A model generated the notes under the pieces. That model was not told where the DNA came from and ran no database searches. It was given only the letters and a program-made list of their open reading frames with translations. Below are positions 9,508 to 18,714 of a stretch of 64,000 nucleotides of DNA, one piece after another (positions within the stretch are counted from its first letter, which is position 1; each line of letters starts with the position of its first letter). Source of the DNA: Polyangiaceae bacterium (GTDB taxonomy: Bacteria; Myxococcota_A; Polyangia; Polyangiales; Polyangiaceae); NCBI GenBank assembly GCA_044376115.1, contig JBILLK010000001.1, positions 451,873-515,872 on the forward strand. Reading direction: 5' to 3'. Position numbers and translations under genes: made by a program.

Positions 9508-9519
9508 GCTGCAGGCGAA

Positions 9520-9534
9520 GCACAGTTCGAGCCA
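9520..9534 (-). promoter_or_regulatory. sigma54 -24/-12 promoter
   Basis: TGGCTCGAACTGTGC (GG-N10-GC), 12 nt before ATG9507. Confidence 0.55.
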
Positions 9535-9573
9535 ACGACGTCAGGCGGCCCATTAAACGATACAGCCCGAGCC

Positions 9574-10062
9574 TTACTCGATCGCAAGCACGGTCATCAG
9601 CTGTATCTGCCCAGCCCGGTCCACCTCGACCTCGTCATCAAGTCGGCTCCCTAGCAGAGCCCGACCAATTGGAGAGGCCGGGGTCACGACCTGAATCGAT
9701 AAACTGCCCTCAGTAACGCGCATACCACCGCCAGAGGGTGCAACGAATACAGTCGTTTTACCCTTTCCAGCGTCGAGTGTAACGAGCGCCGAGAGAGCCA
9801 CTGGGTCCCCAGCCGAGAAGGCGCGCAGGCTCAAAGCCGCCAATCGAGTAACGTCCTCATCGAGCGCCTGGACACGCATCGCTTGACCGCGAGCAAGATA
9901 GGACGCTTCCGTAGAGCGCATATCCTTGTCGCCCTCCGCGCGATTGTCTTCATGCGTGACGCCAGCCACAATCTCCTTTTGAGCGGCTAGCAGAGCATCA
10001 CGTTCCGCGATGAGCCGCTCCAACAGATGCTTATGAAGCTTGCGCTTGCGTTCGAGAGACAC
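9574..10062 (-). CDS. GreA/GreB-family elongation factor C-terminal-domain protein
   Basis: EASYLARGQ; C-terminal VVTPASPIGRALLG...DEV motif; GTG10062 preceded by TACGCT. Confidence 0.8.
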   Translation of the reverse strand: MSLERKRKLHKHLLERLIAERDALLAAQKEIVAGVTHEDNRAEGDKDMRSTEASYLARGQAMRVQALDEDVTRLAALSLRAFSAGDPVALSALVTLDAGKGKTTVFVAPSGGGMRVTEGSLSIQVVTPASPIGRALLGSRLDDEVEVDRAGQIQLMTVLAIE

Positions 10063-10155
10063 GGCGCCAGCGTAGTCCGCATTTCCTCGTGATACGAGCA
10101 TGGAGCAGCCAAAGCCGCAGGTTTAGTGCGGCTTTGGCGAGCTACGTGTTGAGCC

Positions 10156-11244
10156 TTATTGGCAGCCGCTAGCCACTGCCTCGTAACCAGGATCCGTCTC
10201 GGTGCAGGAAGCGCAGTGCTTGCCGTGCAAGGAGCCGTTCGAGCCGCCAGTGCACCAGATGTACATATTGTCGTCGCAGATCTCGACGAAGCCGTAGCAG
10301 CCCGACCCACCGGGGATACCCTCAGGTGCGCTGCCGTCCTGAGAACCACCGCCGGGCGGGTCGCTCGGGTCGTCCGCGGGCGGATCGCTCGGGTCGTCCG
10401 CGGGCGGATCGCTCGGGTCGTCCGCGGGCGGATCGCTCGGGTCGTCCGCGGGCGGATCATTGGGAGGCGGCGGATTACCGCTATTGGGGCCCCACCCACC
10501 GTGAGCCATGACCTGCTGGTTTATCCAATTGTACACAAGATCGACGCGCGCCAAGATCTGGGTGCCACCGCCGACGCCTGAGTTGACTGCAAAGATCGTG
10601 TGGCTTCCAGCACCGACCACCAAGCCGCCAGAGTCACCCGGTTGAATCTTCTGCGTAGAGGTATACGACAGGGGAAAGCCGTACCAGCTACCGTCTTTGA
10701 CTGCGATCTGCGGTCCGAGGAACAATGCTGAATAGGAGGCTTGGCCGTTATTGATACGTCCAATGTTCTGCAACAATGACCCGTCAGCCACGCTCGTCTT
10801 CGAGACAACGGGGTACGATGTCAAATGCATTGGTTTATCGGTGAAGACCAAGCCTACGTCAGCAGTGTTCGGGTTCACCGAATTGCCATAGCTAACGTAT
10901 TGAGTAGCGCCGCTCGAGGCCTTGAAGCCTTGCTGGCCGTGGGTGGAGAAGGGGGCAATGATTTGCCAACCTGACCAACCACCGGTGACACAATGGCCAG
11001 CCGTCAGCACGACGCGTGGAGCGATCACTGCGCCTGAGCAAATAGAGCCTATCTGTCCACCCGATAGCATGTTGACGAGAGCGGCTTCCGGGTAGCTCGT
11101 CGCAGGCGAACCCCCGATGATGTACTCACGGTCGTTCTCCGCCACTTCATCATCATCGATTTCATCTGCTCCTGGTGGAACACACGCGATGAGTAAGGGA
11201 ATGACGCTGAGAGAGAGGGACAAGTACCGATTTCGAATCACCAC
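10156..11244 (-). CDS. Trypsin-like (S1) serine protease lipoprotein with Pro/Asp repeat linker
   Basis: LLIAC lipobox, acidic propeptide, IIGG, LTAGHC, ADVGL, GDSGG; GGAGG upstream of GTG11244/11241. Confidence 0.9.
   Translation of the reverse strand: MVIRNRYLSLSLSVIPLLIACVPPGADEIDDDEVAENDREYIIGGSPATSYPEAALVNMLSGGQIGSICSGAVIAPRVVLTAGHCVTGGWSGWQIIAPFSTHGQQGFKASSGATQYVSYGNSVNPNTADVGLVFTDKPMHLTSYPVVSKTSVADGSLLQNIGRINNGQASYSALFLGPQIAVKDGSWYGFPLSYTSTQKIQPGDSGGLVVGAGSHTIFAVNSGVGGGTQILARVDLVYNWINQQVMAHGGWGPNSGNPPPPNDPPADDPSDPPADDPSDPPADDPSDPPADDPSDPPGGGSQDGSAPEGIPGGSGCYGFVEICDDNMYIWCTGGSNGSLHGKHCASCTETDPGYEAVASGCQ
10354..10458. repeat. 24-bp tandem repeat, 4 full copies plus a partial (encodes PPADDPSD)
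   Basis: GGGCGGATCGCTCGGGTCGTCCGC in near-perfect tandem copies. Confidence 0.95.
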
Positions 11245-11282
11245 GAACACCTCCACCAGCAATCGCTGGCGGGCCGGCATCA

Positions 11283-11297
11283 TCACGCTCCATGCCA
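11283..11297 (-). promoter_or_regulatory. Possible sigma54 promoter of the protease (GA at -12)
   Basis: TGGCATGGAGCGTGA on the minus strand. Confidence 0.3.
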
Positions 11298-11501
11298 GCA
11301 CCACATTAATGGCGCGGGGTCCAATTGACCGGAATTCAGTGACACTGTTCGCCGGTGGTCAATGAATTATGGAGCGGCTGATCCACCCCATGGAGCCTCA
11401 AATGCTCGGCAATAAATGGTGGTAAGCGCGCGAAAGGTGTGAGCAGTGAGAACTTTAGGTCAAGACTAGTGGGTAACGATTGATCCACTTTTCCAGTTTA
11501 G

Positions 11502-12797
11502 TTAAACACCGCTCGCAGGTCGGCCACTGCGCGTGGAGTCGTCCGGACTGCTGATGTTCACGGCTGCAGCAGCGCCCTTTGTAGGCTGGCTACGCAACAC
11601 ATTCATCGCCCACACCAACCCGGCGCACTCGAGCGCAGCCGCCGCAATGAACGGCGCTCCCGGTAACCGGATACTGCTGCTCGTTCCAGCAAACGTCGCC
11701 AGCAGATGCGTTCCTAGAAGCGGCCCGATAACGGATGAGATCGATAGGAGGCTGGTCATTGCCCCTTGGAGCTCACCTTGCTCCGACACAGAGACCTCTT
11801 GCGTCATCAGCGACTGAAGGGCTGGGTTGCTGAGCCCGCGAATTGAGAACGGCACCAAGATGAGCAGCAGTAGCCAGCCAAACGGCGCCAACCCCATCGC
11901 TACGAAGCCAACAGCTCCCATCGTTCCACCAACCAAGATCATTCGTCGCTCGCCGAGTCGCGGCTTGATCACGCGAATGAGTCCACCTTGGACGAAGGCC
12001 GTTGATAGGCCCACCACCGCAAGCGACATCCCAACCATGCTGGCTGACCAGCCGAAGCGCCCTTCGAGATAGAGAGCCCAAACCGATTGGAGAATCTGTT
12101 GCGAGAGATAGTAGCAAAAGACCGTGATCGCCAGGCCACTGACCAACGGGTTACGCCGCAGGCGGCTCAGCGTTGCGACTGGATTGGCCTTGCGCCAGTC
12201 GAAGGCGCGACGATTCTCAACGGCTAAGGACTCCGGCAACACGAAGAAGCCATAAAGGAAGTTCACGAGGTTGAGCCCAGCAGCCACGAAGAAGGGCAAG
12301 CGGAGTGCAACGTTACCCAGGAGCCCACCAAGCAAGGGACCCAGGATGAAACCAAAGCCAAACGCGGCGCCGATCAGCCCAAACGACTGTGCGCGCTTTT
12401 CAGGCGGAGTGATGTCTGCAATGTACGCCGTGGCAGCGGAGAAGCTGGCGCCAGTCAGCCCGGCAACGATGCGACCCAGAAACAGCCAGCCCAGAGTGGG
12501 AGCAAAGCCAAGGATCAGGTAGTCGACACCAGCGCCGAAGAGGGACGAAAGAATGACACGGCGGCGACCGATACGGTCTGATAGCGCCCCCAAGATGGGC
12601 GCGAATACGAGCTGCATCACCGCATAGCTCGCGACAAGCAGCCCATAGGTCGAAGACGTGCGCGAGAGATCTGCGTCTTGAAATTGGCCTACCAGACGCG
12701 GGGTGATCGGTATGACCAACCCAATTCCCAGCGTGTTCAACGCCAGGGTTACCAGGATAAACGCGATACTCGCGCGACGTGGTCCCGGGTTCGGCAT
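11502..12797 (-). CDS. TCR/Tet-family MFS transporter (DHA1)
   Basis: Motif A GALSDRIGRR; AYIADITPPEKRA; GFILGPLLGG; about 12 TM. Confidence 0.9.
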   Translation of the reverse strand: MPNPGPRRASIAFILVTLALNTLGIGLVIPITPRLVGQFQDADLSRTSSTYGLLVASYAVMQLVFAPILGALSDRIGRRRVILSSLFGAGVDYLILGFAPTLGWLFLGRIVAGLTGASFSAATAYIADITPPEKRAQSFGLIGAAFGFGFILGPLLGGLLGNVALRLPFFVAAGLNLVNFLYGFFVLPESLAVENRRAFDWRKANPVATLSRLRRNPLVSGLAITVFCYYLSQQILQSVWALYLEGRFGWSASMVGMSLAVVGLSTAFVQGGLIRVIKPRLGERRMILVGGTMGAVGFVAMGLAPFGWLLLLILVPFSIRGLSNPALQSLMTQEVSVSEQGELQGAMTSLLSISSVIGPLLGTHLLATFAGTSSSIRLPGAPFIAAAALECAGLVWAMNVLRSQPTKGAAAAVNISSPDDSTRSGRPASGV

Positions 12798-12922
12798 GCG
12801 CCCTCATAGCGGATCCGCGCCCTCGACGCAGGGATCATTCGGGTTGAGCGATCTGCCTGCGGCGGGATTTTGAGGGCCAACCGATTGAGTGATCCGACGA
12901 ACGTTGTAGTCTGCAGCGACCA

Positions 12923-14215
12923 GTGGTTGTGAACGATCGGCTCGCCGGCTTCAGAAGCCTGATGTTCGCCTTGGCGCTGACCTCGTGTAGCCCGCAAACC
13001 ACAGAACAGGCAGGCACCGCGGCGGTGAGTTCCACCTCCGAGTCCGCCGCGCCAGCCACCGTTCCGGCTGCACAGTTGCCGGCTGCGCAAGTGACAACAG
13101 CCATACCCAACGTTCCAACGTCGGCACCAGCAGGGTCGGCGAAAGCGCCGAGCGCTCCCCGCCCGACGTCGATTTCGTTCATGCCTTGGGTGGTTGAGAA
13201 CTGCACGATCGATGCGCTTGCGCCGACACCCTACTCACGAGCATGGCTCCACTACCCGAAGCCCGCCGACTGGGTCAGACCGAGCGATCCGACGCCGCTC
13301 TACGACTCGCGAGTTCCACCCAAGCCAGGAAGCCTTGCGGCAAAAGAAACAGCAGCGGCGTTGGAGCAGGCGTGGCTAGAGCGACCAGAGAGCCACGTGC
13401 TCGACTGCTCCTTCAGACTTTACGCGCGCAAGTGTCCCCATTGCGTAAAGCAAGAGAACACCCTGGTTCGCTACGTCGTCTACCTGCCTGCCAAAACGTT
13501 TATCGACCCTACTCGAGTGAACTCCGTCTTGATGATTGTTCCGGGTGGTCACGGCGGAAGGAGCCGCGCCTTCTTGCGACCAATCAACGGACTCTCCGTT
13601 TGGGACAAAGGCTCTGGCGGACTTGATTCAAAGTCGTTGGCTGATGCTTATTACGCTTCCGCCCCGGAGAGCGAACAATCGCTGATTGTCTCGCTCGAAA
13701 CCAGTGGGATCCAGCATGGGTCGGGCGCCGTCGAATACCTTACTTATGATATTGAGCAGCACCTTCGCTCCACCTTTCTTCCGAGAACCAAGCCGCTACG
13801 CATCGGGGTGGATGGGGTTAGTTCAGGTGCTCGTGAAATCGTCCGCGCAGCGTTCGCAAAACCAACAAGTTTCCGAACCATCGGACTTCATTGCATGGCG
13901 TGCGGGGGCATTCACCCCGAACGGCGGCTGCTCGGTAGTCGTAGCGAGCTCTTGGAGTTCGGCCAAACGCTGGCTCAGTTACGCAGAGAGGGGCGCTTCG
14001 ATCTGCGTATGAGCATCGGCAGCCGTGACAATCAGCTGCCTTGCAATAAAGCCTATTGGGCCTTGTTTCGTGAGGCAGGCTTGGTGACCGACGCCGACGC
14101 CGACCTGTTTCACATCGTGCCAGGGGCTCTGCACGACTTCCTGTTTTTGGCGCAAGCATTCCCCACGCACTTGCAGTGGCACCTCGAAAAGCTTAGCCAA
14201 CCAACCCCCGATTGA
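12923..14215 (+). CDS. Alpha/beta-hydrolase-fold (esterase-like) lipoprotein
   Basis: ALTSC lipobox; YVVYLP; nucleophile elbow GVSSG; candidate Asp (GSRD) and His (GALHDF). Start may be ATG12962. Confidence 0.65.
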   Translation: MVVNDRLAGFRSLMFALALTSCSPQTTEQAGTAAVSSTSESAAPATVPAAQLPAAQVTTAIPNVPTSAPAGSAKAPSAPRPTSISFMPWVVENCTIDALAPTPYSRAWLHYPKPADWVRPSDPTPLYDSRVPPKPGSLAAKETAAALEQAWLERPESHVLDCSFRLYARKCPHCVKQENTLVRYVVYLPAKTFIDPTRVNSVLMIVPGGHGGRSRAFLRPINGLSVWDKGSGGLDSKSLADAYYASAPESEQSLIVSLETSGIQHGSGAVEYLTYDIEQHLRSTFLPRTKPLRIGVDGVSSGAREIVRAAFAKPTSFRTIGLHCMACGGIHPERRLLGSRSELLEFGQTLAQLRREGRFDLRMSIGSRDNQLPCNKAYWALFREAGLVTDADADLFHIVPGALHDFLFLAQAFPTHLQWHLEKLSQPTPD

Positions 14216-14239
14216 GCAGATAGACTGGCTTCATAGCTA

Positions 14240-15805
14240 TCAGCCCAATGCCATGAGCGGCGGACTCTGTGATAACCACCGCTTGAGCGTAGACACGAAG
14301 CTTGGGTGTTCCTCCGTTACCACAAGCACTTCACTCAAGAAGGTCTTGGCGACCTCCACCTGCTTGAGCTGGTTGGTGAGCTCGGCAGCGACGATCAACA
14401 GAATTGCCGCCTGGTCGAACTTGTCGCGCTTGCGCTCGCGAATCACATCCGCCGTACGAGTCGCCGCGGCTATGCGCAGTGACCGCACTCGCTCAGCAAC
14501 GTCCTCTGCGTGCGCCGGCCTCAGCGCGCGCGCTAGCAGCGGAGCCAAGTCGGGCGCGGGCGGTTCGAAACCGCTGACGGTGGGCGCCCGGAAGCCACGC
14601 CAATCCAAGGCTACGCCCACGGCGTCGCCGTCAGTAGCCCCAAACCCGCGCACGAGCCTGGCAGTGACCGCCTTTGTTGCTCGCCTTTCCGCAACAGAAA
14701 CAGCGATCGCCAAGAAGCTGATGATGGTTGGGTGGTCTTCGGAGTCCCAATCGCCGTCACTGCTGACGAGGTCCTCCAGGAGTACGGCCTTGTTCCCTGC
14801 GAGTGCATTCGCCAGCGCGGTCATGCGCCGCGACAACGGCACCCGCGCCAACGACTGAAGGCGCGCCGAGAGCTCCGGGGCCGTGGGTTCGTTGACGCCG
14901 GCGAACACGGCCAAGCGCTGCACGCTTGGATCGGCCTCAAGACCATCCCTGGCCGACGCCACCATCTCCACGCTGTGTTCGAGCTGAGCGTGAAGAGCAA
15001 CCGCGAGATCGTGGAGCATCGCGCGCCCAAACGAGTCGGGTAGCTTTGCTGTACCTTCTGCAACCGCAGCGAGCGCCTCGTGGAGTTGGCCGGCCCGCGC
15101 GAGGCGCGAGACCCACTCGCGGTAGCTCCCGACATCGTTCGACTGACGCGCAAGGCGCGCCAAACCATCCGTCCCTTCGATACGCTCGAAGGCCTCTCGC
15201 ACGATGCTGCTATTCGCCGGCCCTATCGAGCTTTCTGATTGCTCGAGCGTGGCTTTCGCCCAGTCGACCAAGAACCCGTCGAAGCCAACAAGCGGCCGAA
15301 TGGCAGCCTTCTCGAGTAAGGCCAGCGGCGTTGCCACCCCGCCTAGTTCACTTAGACTTTCAACGGCGGACTGCATTGCAGAGACCCTGTGCGCCTCTTC
15401 TTGCTCGTAGACCGTTAATAGGTAGCTGCCGGCGAAGCTCTCTAGCTCACATTCGACTTCGAGGTCGAGGAGCGTCTTGATCACCAGTTCGTACACCTTG
15501 CGGCTGGCCTCGACGCGCCCAGCAAGCACTTGCCGCCGGTTTCGCCGCAGTAGTGCCATCATCTCCGACGTTGAGCATTCGCCGCTCTTACGCGCCGCTT
15601 TGGCCCACTGCTGTACGTCATTGGCTAGCTCGCTGTCCTCCGACAGGAACGCCACCGACTTGCTTGCTCGCACCGCAAACTCGAGCAAGGAGAGCTGAAA
15701 CTCCTCGCTCGGGTCGCGAGGCAGCGACAACCCATAGGTCGTTAAGAACGAGCGCAACGCCTTGGCGTCGATGGCGCGTACCGCACCATAGAAATCAAAC
15801 ATCAA
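14240..15805 (-). CDS. Hypothetical alpha-helical protein
   Basis: 521-aa ORF directly downstream of hppD; helical/TPR-like composition; no recognised motif. Confidence 0.65.
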   Translation of the reverse strand: MMFDFYGAVRAIDAKALRSFLTTYGLSLPRDPSEEFQLSLLEFAVRASKSVAFLSEDSELANDVQQWAKAARKSGECSTSEMMALLRRNRRQVLAGRVEASRKVYELVIKTLLDLEVECELESFAGSYLLTVYEQEEAHRVSAMQSAVESLSELGGVATPLALLEKAAIRPLVGFDGFLVDWAKATLEQSESSIGPANSSIVREAFERIEGTDGLARLARQSNDVGSYREWVSRLARAGQLHEALAAVAEGTAKLPDSFGRAMLHDLAVALHAQLEHSVEMVASARDGLEADPSVQRLAVFAGVNEPTAPELSARLQSLARVPLSRRMTALANALAGNKAVLLEDLVSSDGDWDSEDHPTIISFLAIAVSVAERRATKAVTARLVRGFGATDGDAVGVALDWRGFRAPTVSGFEPPAPDLAPLLARALRPAHAEDVAERVRSLRIAAATRTADVIRERKRDKFDQAAILLIVAAELTNQLKQVEVAKTFLSEVLVVTEEHPSFVSTLKRWLSQSPPLMALG

Positions 15806-15846
15806 CGGCCTCGTCGACTCCTCAGCAGCGGGCTTCCTTGTGGACT

Positions 15847-17004
15847 TCAGGAGGACGCCTTCCCTTCCGATTGCTGCTCGCGCTCAATGCTCTCAAAGAG
15901 AGCCCTAAAGTTACCGGCGCCGAAGCCCTTATCTCCCTTGCGCTGGATAATCTCGTAGAAGAAAGGGCCCGCGTCGCGGTTGCCATAAAGACCAGCAGCG
16001 TCCTTCAGAAAGATTTGCAAGAGATACTGCTGCTCCTTCTCGCCATCGACGAGGATCGCCAGTTCCTGGAGGAGGCTGATCGGCTCCTCGATCTTGCGTA
16101 CCCCAATGCGCTCGAGCCGCGCGGGCAACATTTCATAGTAGGAGTCCGGCGTCGGCATGAACTGAACGCCTTGTTCTCGCATTCCGCGAACGGCCGGAAT
16201 GATGTCTGCGACGGCTAGCGCTACGTGCTGAACGCCGTCTCCACGATGGTCCTCATTGAAGATGTTGATTTGGGACGCCTTAAAGAACGGTCGCCAAGGC
16301 TCGTTGTTGGCAAACTTGATCCCCGAAGCAGCGTCCCACATCACAGTAGAGCGCAATCCAGAGCCGTGGCTCCGGTCCCCCGCGACGTCATCGGTGTGGA
16401 ACTGCACGTTCCAGTAACTTTCGAAGCCCATCACGTGCTCCATCCACAACAAAGCGGGCTTCATTGTCTGGAAGTTTGAAGTCACATGATCAAAGAACTC
16501 GATCTTGAACTTATTGCTACCTCCGCGCGGCTTCTCGTAGGCCACGTAGCCAGGAAAGAGCGGAGCGAAGCCTCTTCGCTCGACGAACCGGAAGGTCGTG
16601 TCACCAAATGGTGTGGTGATTGAGAAGGTCCGCAACGTGCCCCCAGCGTCCTTGAAGGTCTGAATGTCATCGATGGGAGTTCCTCCGCGTTGATCGAGCA
16701 ACCGGAACACCTTCTCGATATCTTCGACTTCAAAGGCGATCGTCCCAATGCCGTCCGGATGTTTGCGCAGGTAGCGGTGAGCACGACCGCCTTCACCGAG
16801 CGGCTCAGAGCAAATGATGTTGCAGTCTCCAGCTTGAAACAGCACGCTCTTCTGACGGCCACTTTCAGTAAGCTCTGGGCTGCTCTCCCCAAGCTCGGCA
16901 AAGTCCATCATATCGCAGTAGAGCTTCCGACTGCGTGCGAGGTCTTTCACGTAGTAGTGAATGGATTCGACTTTGCGTAGACCAAGAGATTCGAGCTTCG
17001 ACAT
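15847..17004 (-). CDS. hppD: 4-hydroxyphenylpyruvate dioxygenase
   Basis: FDHVTSN, GVQHVAL, YLLQIF, FFYEIIQRKGDKGFGAGNFRALFESIE; GGAG upstream of ATG17004. Confidence 0.95.
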   Translation of the reverse strand: MSKLESLGLRKVESIHYYVKDLARSRKLYCDMMDFAELGESSPELTESGRQKSVLFQAGDCNIICSEPLGEGGRAHRYLRKHPDGIGTIAFEVEDIEKVFRLLDQRGGTPIDDIQTFKDAGGTLRTFSITTPFGDTTFRFVERRGFAPLFPGYVAYEKPRGGSNKFKIEFFDHVTSNFQTMKPALLWMEHVMGFESYWNVQFHTDDVAGDRSHGSGLRSTVMWDAASGIKFANNEPWRPFFKASQINIFNEDHRGDGVQHVALAVADIIPAVRGMREQGVQFMPTPDSYYEMLPARLERIGVRKIEEPISLLQELAILVDGEKEQQYLLQIFLKDAAGLYGNRDAGPFFYEIIQRKGDKGFGAGNFRALFESIEREQQSEGKASS

Positions 17005-17024
17005 GGGTGTCTCCAGTTGAGCGA

Positions 17025-17672
17025 CTAAGCGGCAAAATCCGGCTGACGTTCTGGGTGAGCCTTCTGGAATGGATCCAGCTCGCACAGACGCTTGTCCAGC
17101 GTGACGAGTGTAGGAGCGAGAGAGAGATCTGCCTGGAAGCGGCGTGCACCGAACATTTGCGGGACGAGGAATACGTCCGCCAGGCTGAGCGAATCACCAA
17201 CGAGGTACTCCCCGCTAAACCGCTTGGCCTCCGCCTCCAAGGCAACTAGCCCCCGATTGATTGCCTCCCGAGCGAAGGTCTTGTCATCCCCCCCCAGGCG
17301 GCGAATATCAGCCATGACCCCCAGGTTGTGCAGCGGCTGGATACCACTATTGATGATTTCTACGCATGAGCGAACCCGCGCACGTGCAAGGGGCTCGCTT
17401 GGAAGTAGCGGCGGGTCGGGCCAGCGCTCATTCAAGTACTCGAGAATAGCCACCGATTGGGTCAAGCGAACCACCGACCCTAGCTCATCAGCAACTTCCA
17501 ACACGGGGACCTGCGCCATCGCATTGAGCTCTGCCTTGTAGCTGGGCTTGTGCTGATCTCCACCGTCCCTCAGTAGGTGGATAGGGATGTACTCAAAGGA
17601 CAAGCCTTTGACCTCAAGACCGATTCGGACGCGATACGAGGCGCTCGAGCGGAAGTAGTTGTAGAGCTTCAT
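17025..17672 (-). CDS. maiA: Maleylacetoacetate isomerase (GST zeta)
   Basis: YFRSSASYRVRI, QVP, QSVAILEYL, IQPLHN, AHPERQPD. Confidence 0.95.
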   Translation of the reverse strand: MKLYNYFRSSASYRVRIGLEVKGLSFEYIPIHLLRDGGDQHKPSYKAELNAMAQVPVLEVADELGSVVRLTQSVAILEYLNERWPDPPLLPSEPLARARVRSCVEIINSGIQPLHNLGVMADIRRLGGDDKTFAREAINRGLVALEAEAKRFSGEYLVGDSLSLADVFLVPQMFGARRFQADLSLAPTLVTLDKRLCELDPFQKAHPERQPDFAA

Positions 17673-18652
17673 CCGCCGGCCCTGACGACGACTTGGTCAA
17701 TAGTCCCGAAGATGCTCTTCCCATCCTCATCGAGCATCTCGATAGCAATTCGGTCCCCCTCCTTCATGAACGGTGTGGTGGGCTTGCCCTGCTCAATGGT
17801 CTCAATCATTCGCCGTTCGGCTAGGCAAGAGATGCCGCGCTCGCGATCTTCATTGGAGACGGTACCGGAGCCCAAGATGGTGCCTGCGCCAAACCGCCGC
17901 GTCTTCGTGATATGCGCGATGAGTTCGTGGAACGAGAAGAACATCTCGGGGCCAGCCTCTGGATCTCCGACCAAGGTTCCGTTGAGGGTCGAGCGCAAGC
18001 GCCGATGCATACGGCCTCCACGCCACGCCTCGCCGAGCTCATCGGGCGTGACGGCGAACGGGGCAAACGCGGTAGCGGGTTTTGAAGTGAAGAAGCCGAA
18101 GCCCTTCTCCAGCTCCGCCGGCACCAAATTACGGAGCGTCACGTCATTGAGAATGACGACTAGCTTGATGAACTCATGCGCCCTTTCAGCGCTCGTCCCT
18201 AATGGGGTGTCCGTCAAAATGACCCCTATCTCTGCCTCGAAATCCAACCCCCACTCGGGATTGACTAATTCAATGTTCGCGCGAGCGCCGAGCATGTCAC
18301 TCGAGCCACCTTGATAGACCAGTGGGTCGGTGCGGAGCGTCTTGGGTGGCTCTGCGTTGCGCGCTTTGCGTACGAGGATGATGTGATTGATATAGGCGCT
18401 GCCATCGACCCACTCGGACGCGCGCGGCAGTGGTGCTTTGACCCGCGCGAAGTCGAGCGGAGCGAGTTCGACGCGCTCCGCCTGCACCTCAGCGTCGAGC
18501 GCTCGAAGCAGCGGCTCGGCCGATTCCCATTGGTCGAGGGCTCGCTGGAGGTTGGGGGCGATGCTTCGGGCCGACGCGAAACGAAGACCGTCGCGATGGA
18601 CGACTGCGAGTTCTCCGTCCCGCGTACCGTTCTCGAGAGTAGCTAGACGCAT
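17669..18652 (-). CDS. fahA: Fumarylacetoacetate hydrolase family protein
   Basis: DGSAY..H..LVR, DPLVYQGGS, DFEAE, NDVTLR, GFGFFTSKP, GSGTVSN; ATGA overlap with maiA. Confidence 0.9.
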   Translation of the reverse strand: MRLATLENGTRDGELAVVHRDGLRFASARSIAPNLQRALDQWESAEPLLRALDAEVQAERVELAPLDFARVKAPLPRASEWVDGSAYINHIILVRKARNAEPPKTLRTDPLVYQGGSSDMLGARANIELVNPEWGLDFEAEIGVILTDTPLGTSAERAHEFIKLVVILNDVTLRNLVPAELEKGFGFFTSKPATAFAPFAVTPDELGEAWRGGRMHRRLRSTLNGTLVGDPEAGPEMFFSFHELIAHITKTRRFGAGTILGSGTVSNEDRERGISCLAERRMIETIEQGKPTTPFMKEGDRIAIEMLDEDGKSIFGTIDQVVVRAGG

Positions 18653-18714
18653 GGCGAAACCCTAATCGCAGTTCGGCCAGGTGCCCAGGGGGCGCGTTCA
18701 AAACTTTCAGGCGA

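Noticed and set aside
10354..10458. Repeat array as a possible CRISPR
   Set aside because: Head-to-tail 24-bp units with no spacers, in frame within a CDS, and no cas genes.
11502..12797. Acquired tetracycline resistance gene
   Set aside because: No tetR or mobile context; TCR/Tet-like MFS genes are common chromosomal genes and the substrate cannot be inferred.
13420..13450. CPHC motif in the esterase-like lipoprotein as a heme c or thioredoxin site
   Set aside because: It is not CxxCH and has no thioredoxin-fold context; probably a structural disulfide.
17577..18314. 245-aa + strand ORF and many similar 60-240 aa overlapping ORFs across the window
   Set aside because: They lie antisense or off-frame to well-supported genes and have Arg/Ser/Pro-rich non-coding composition.
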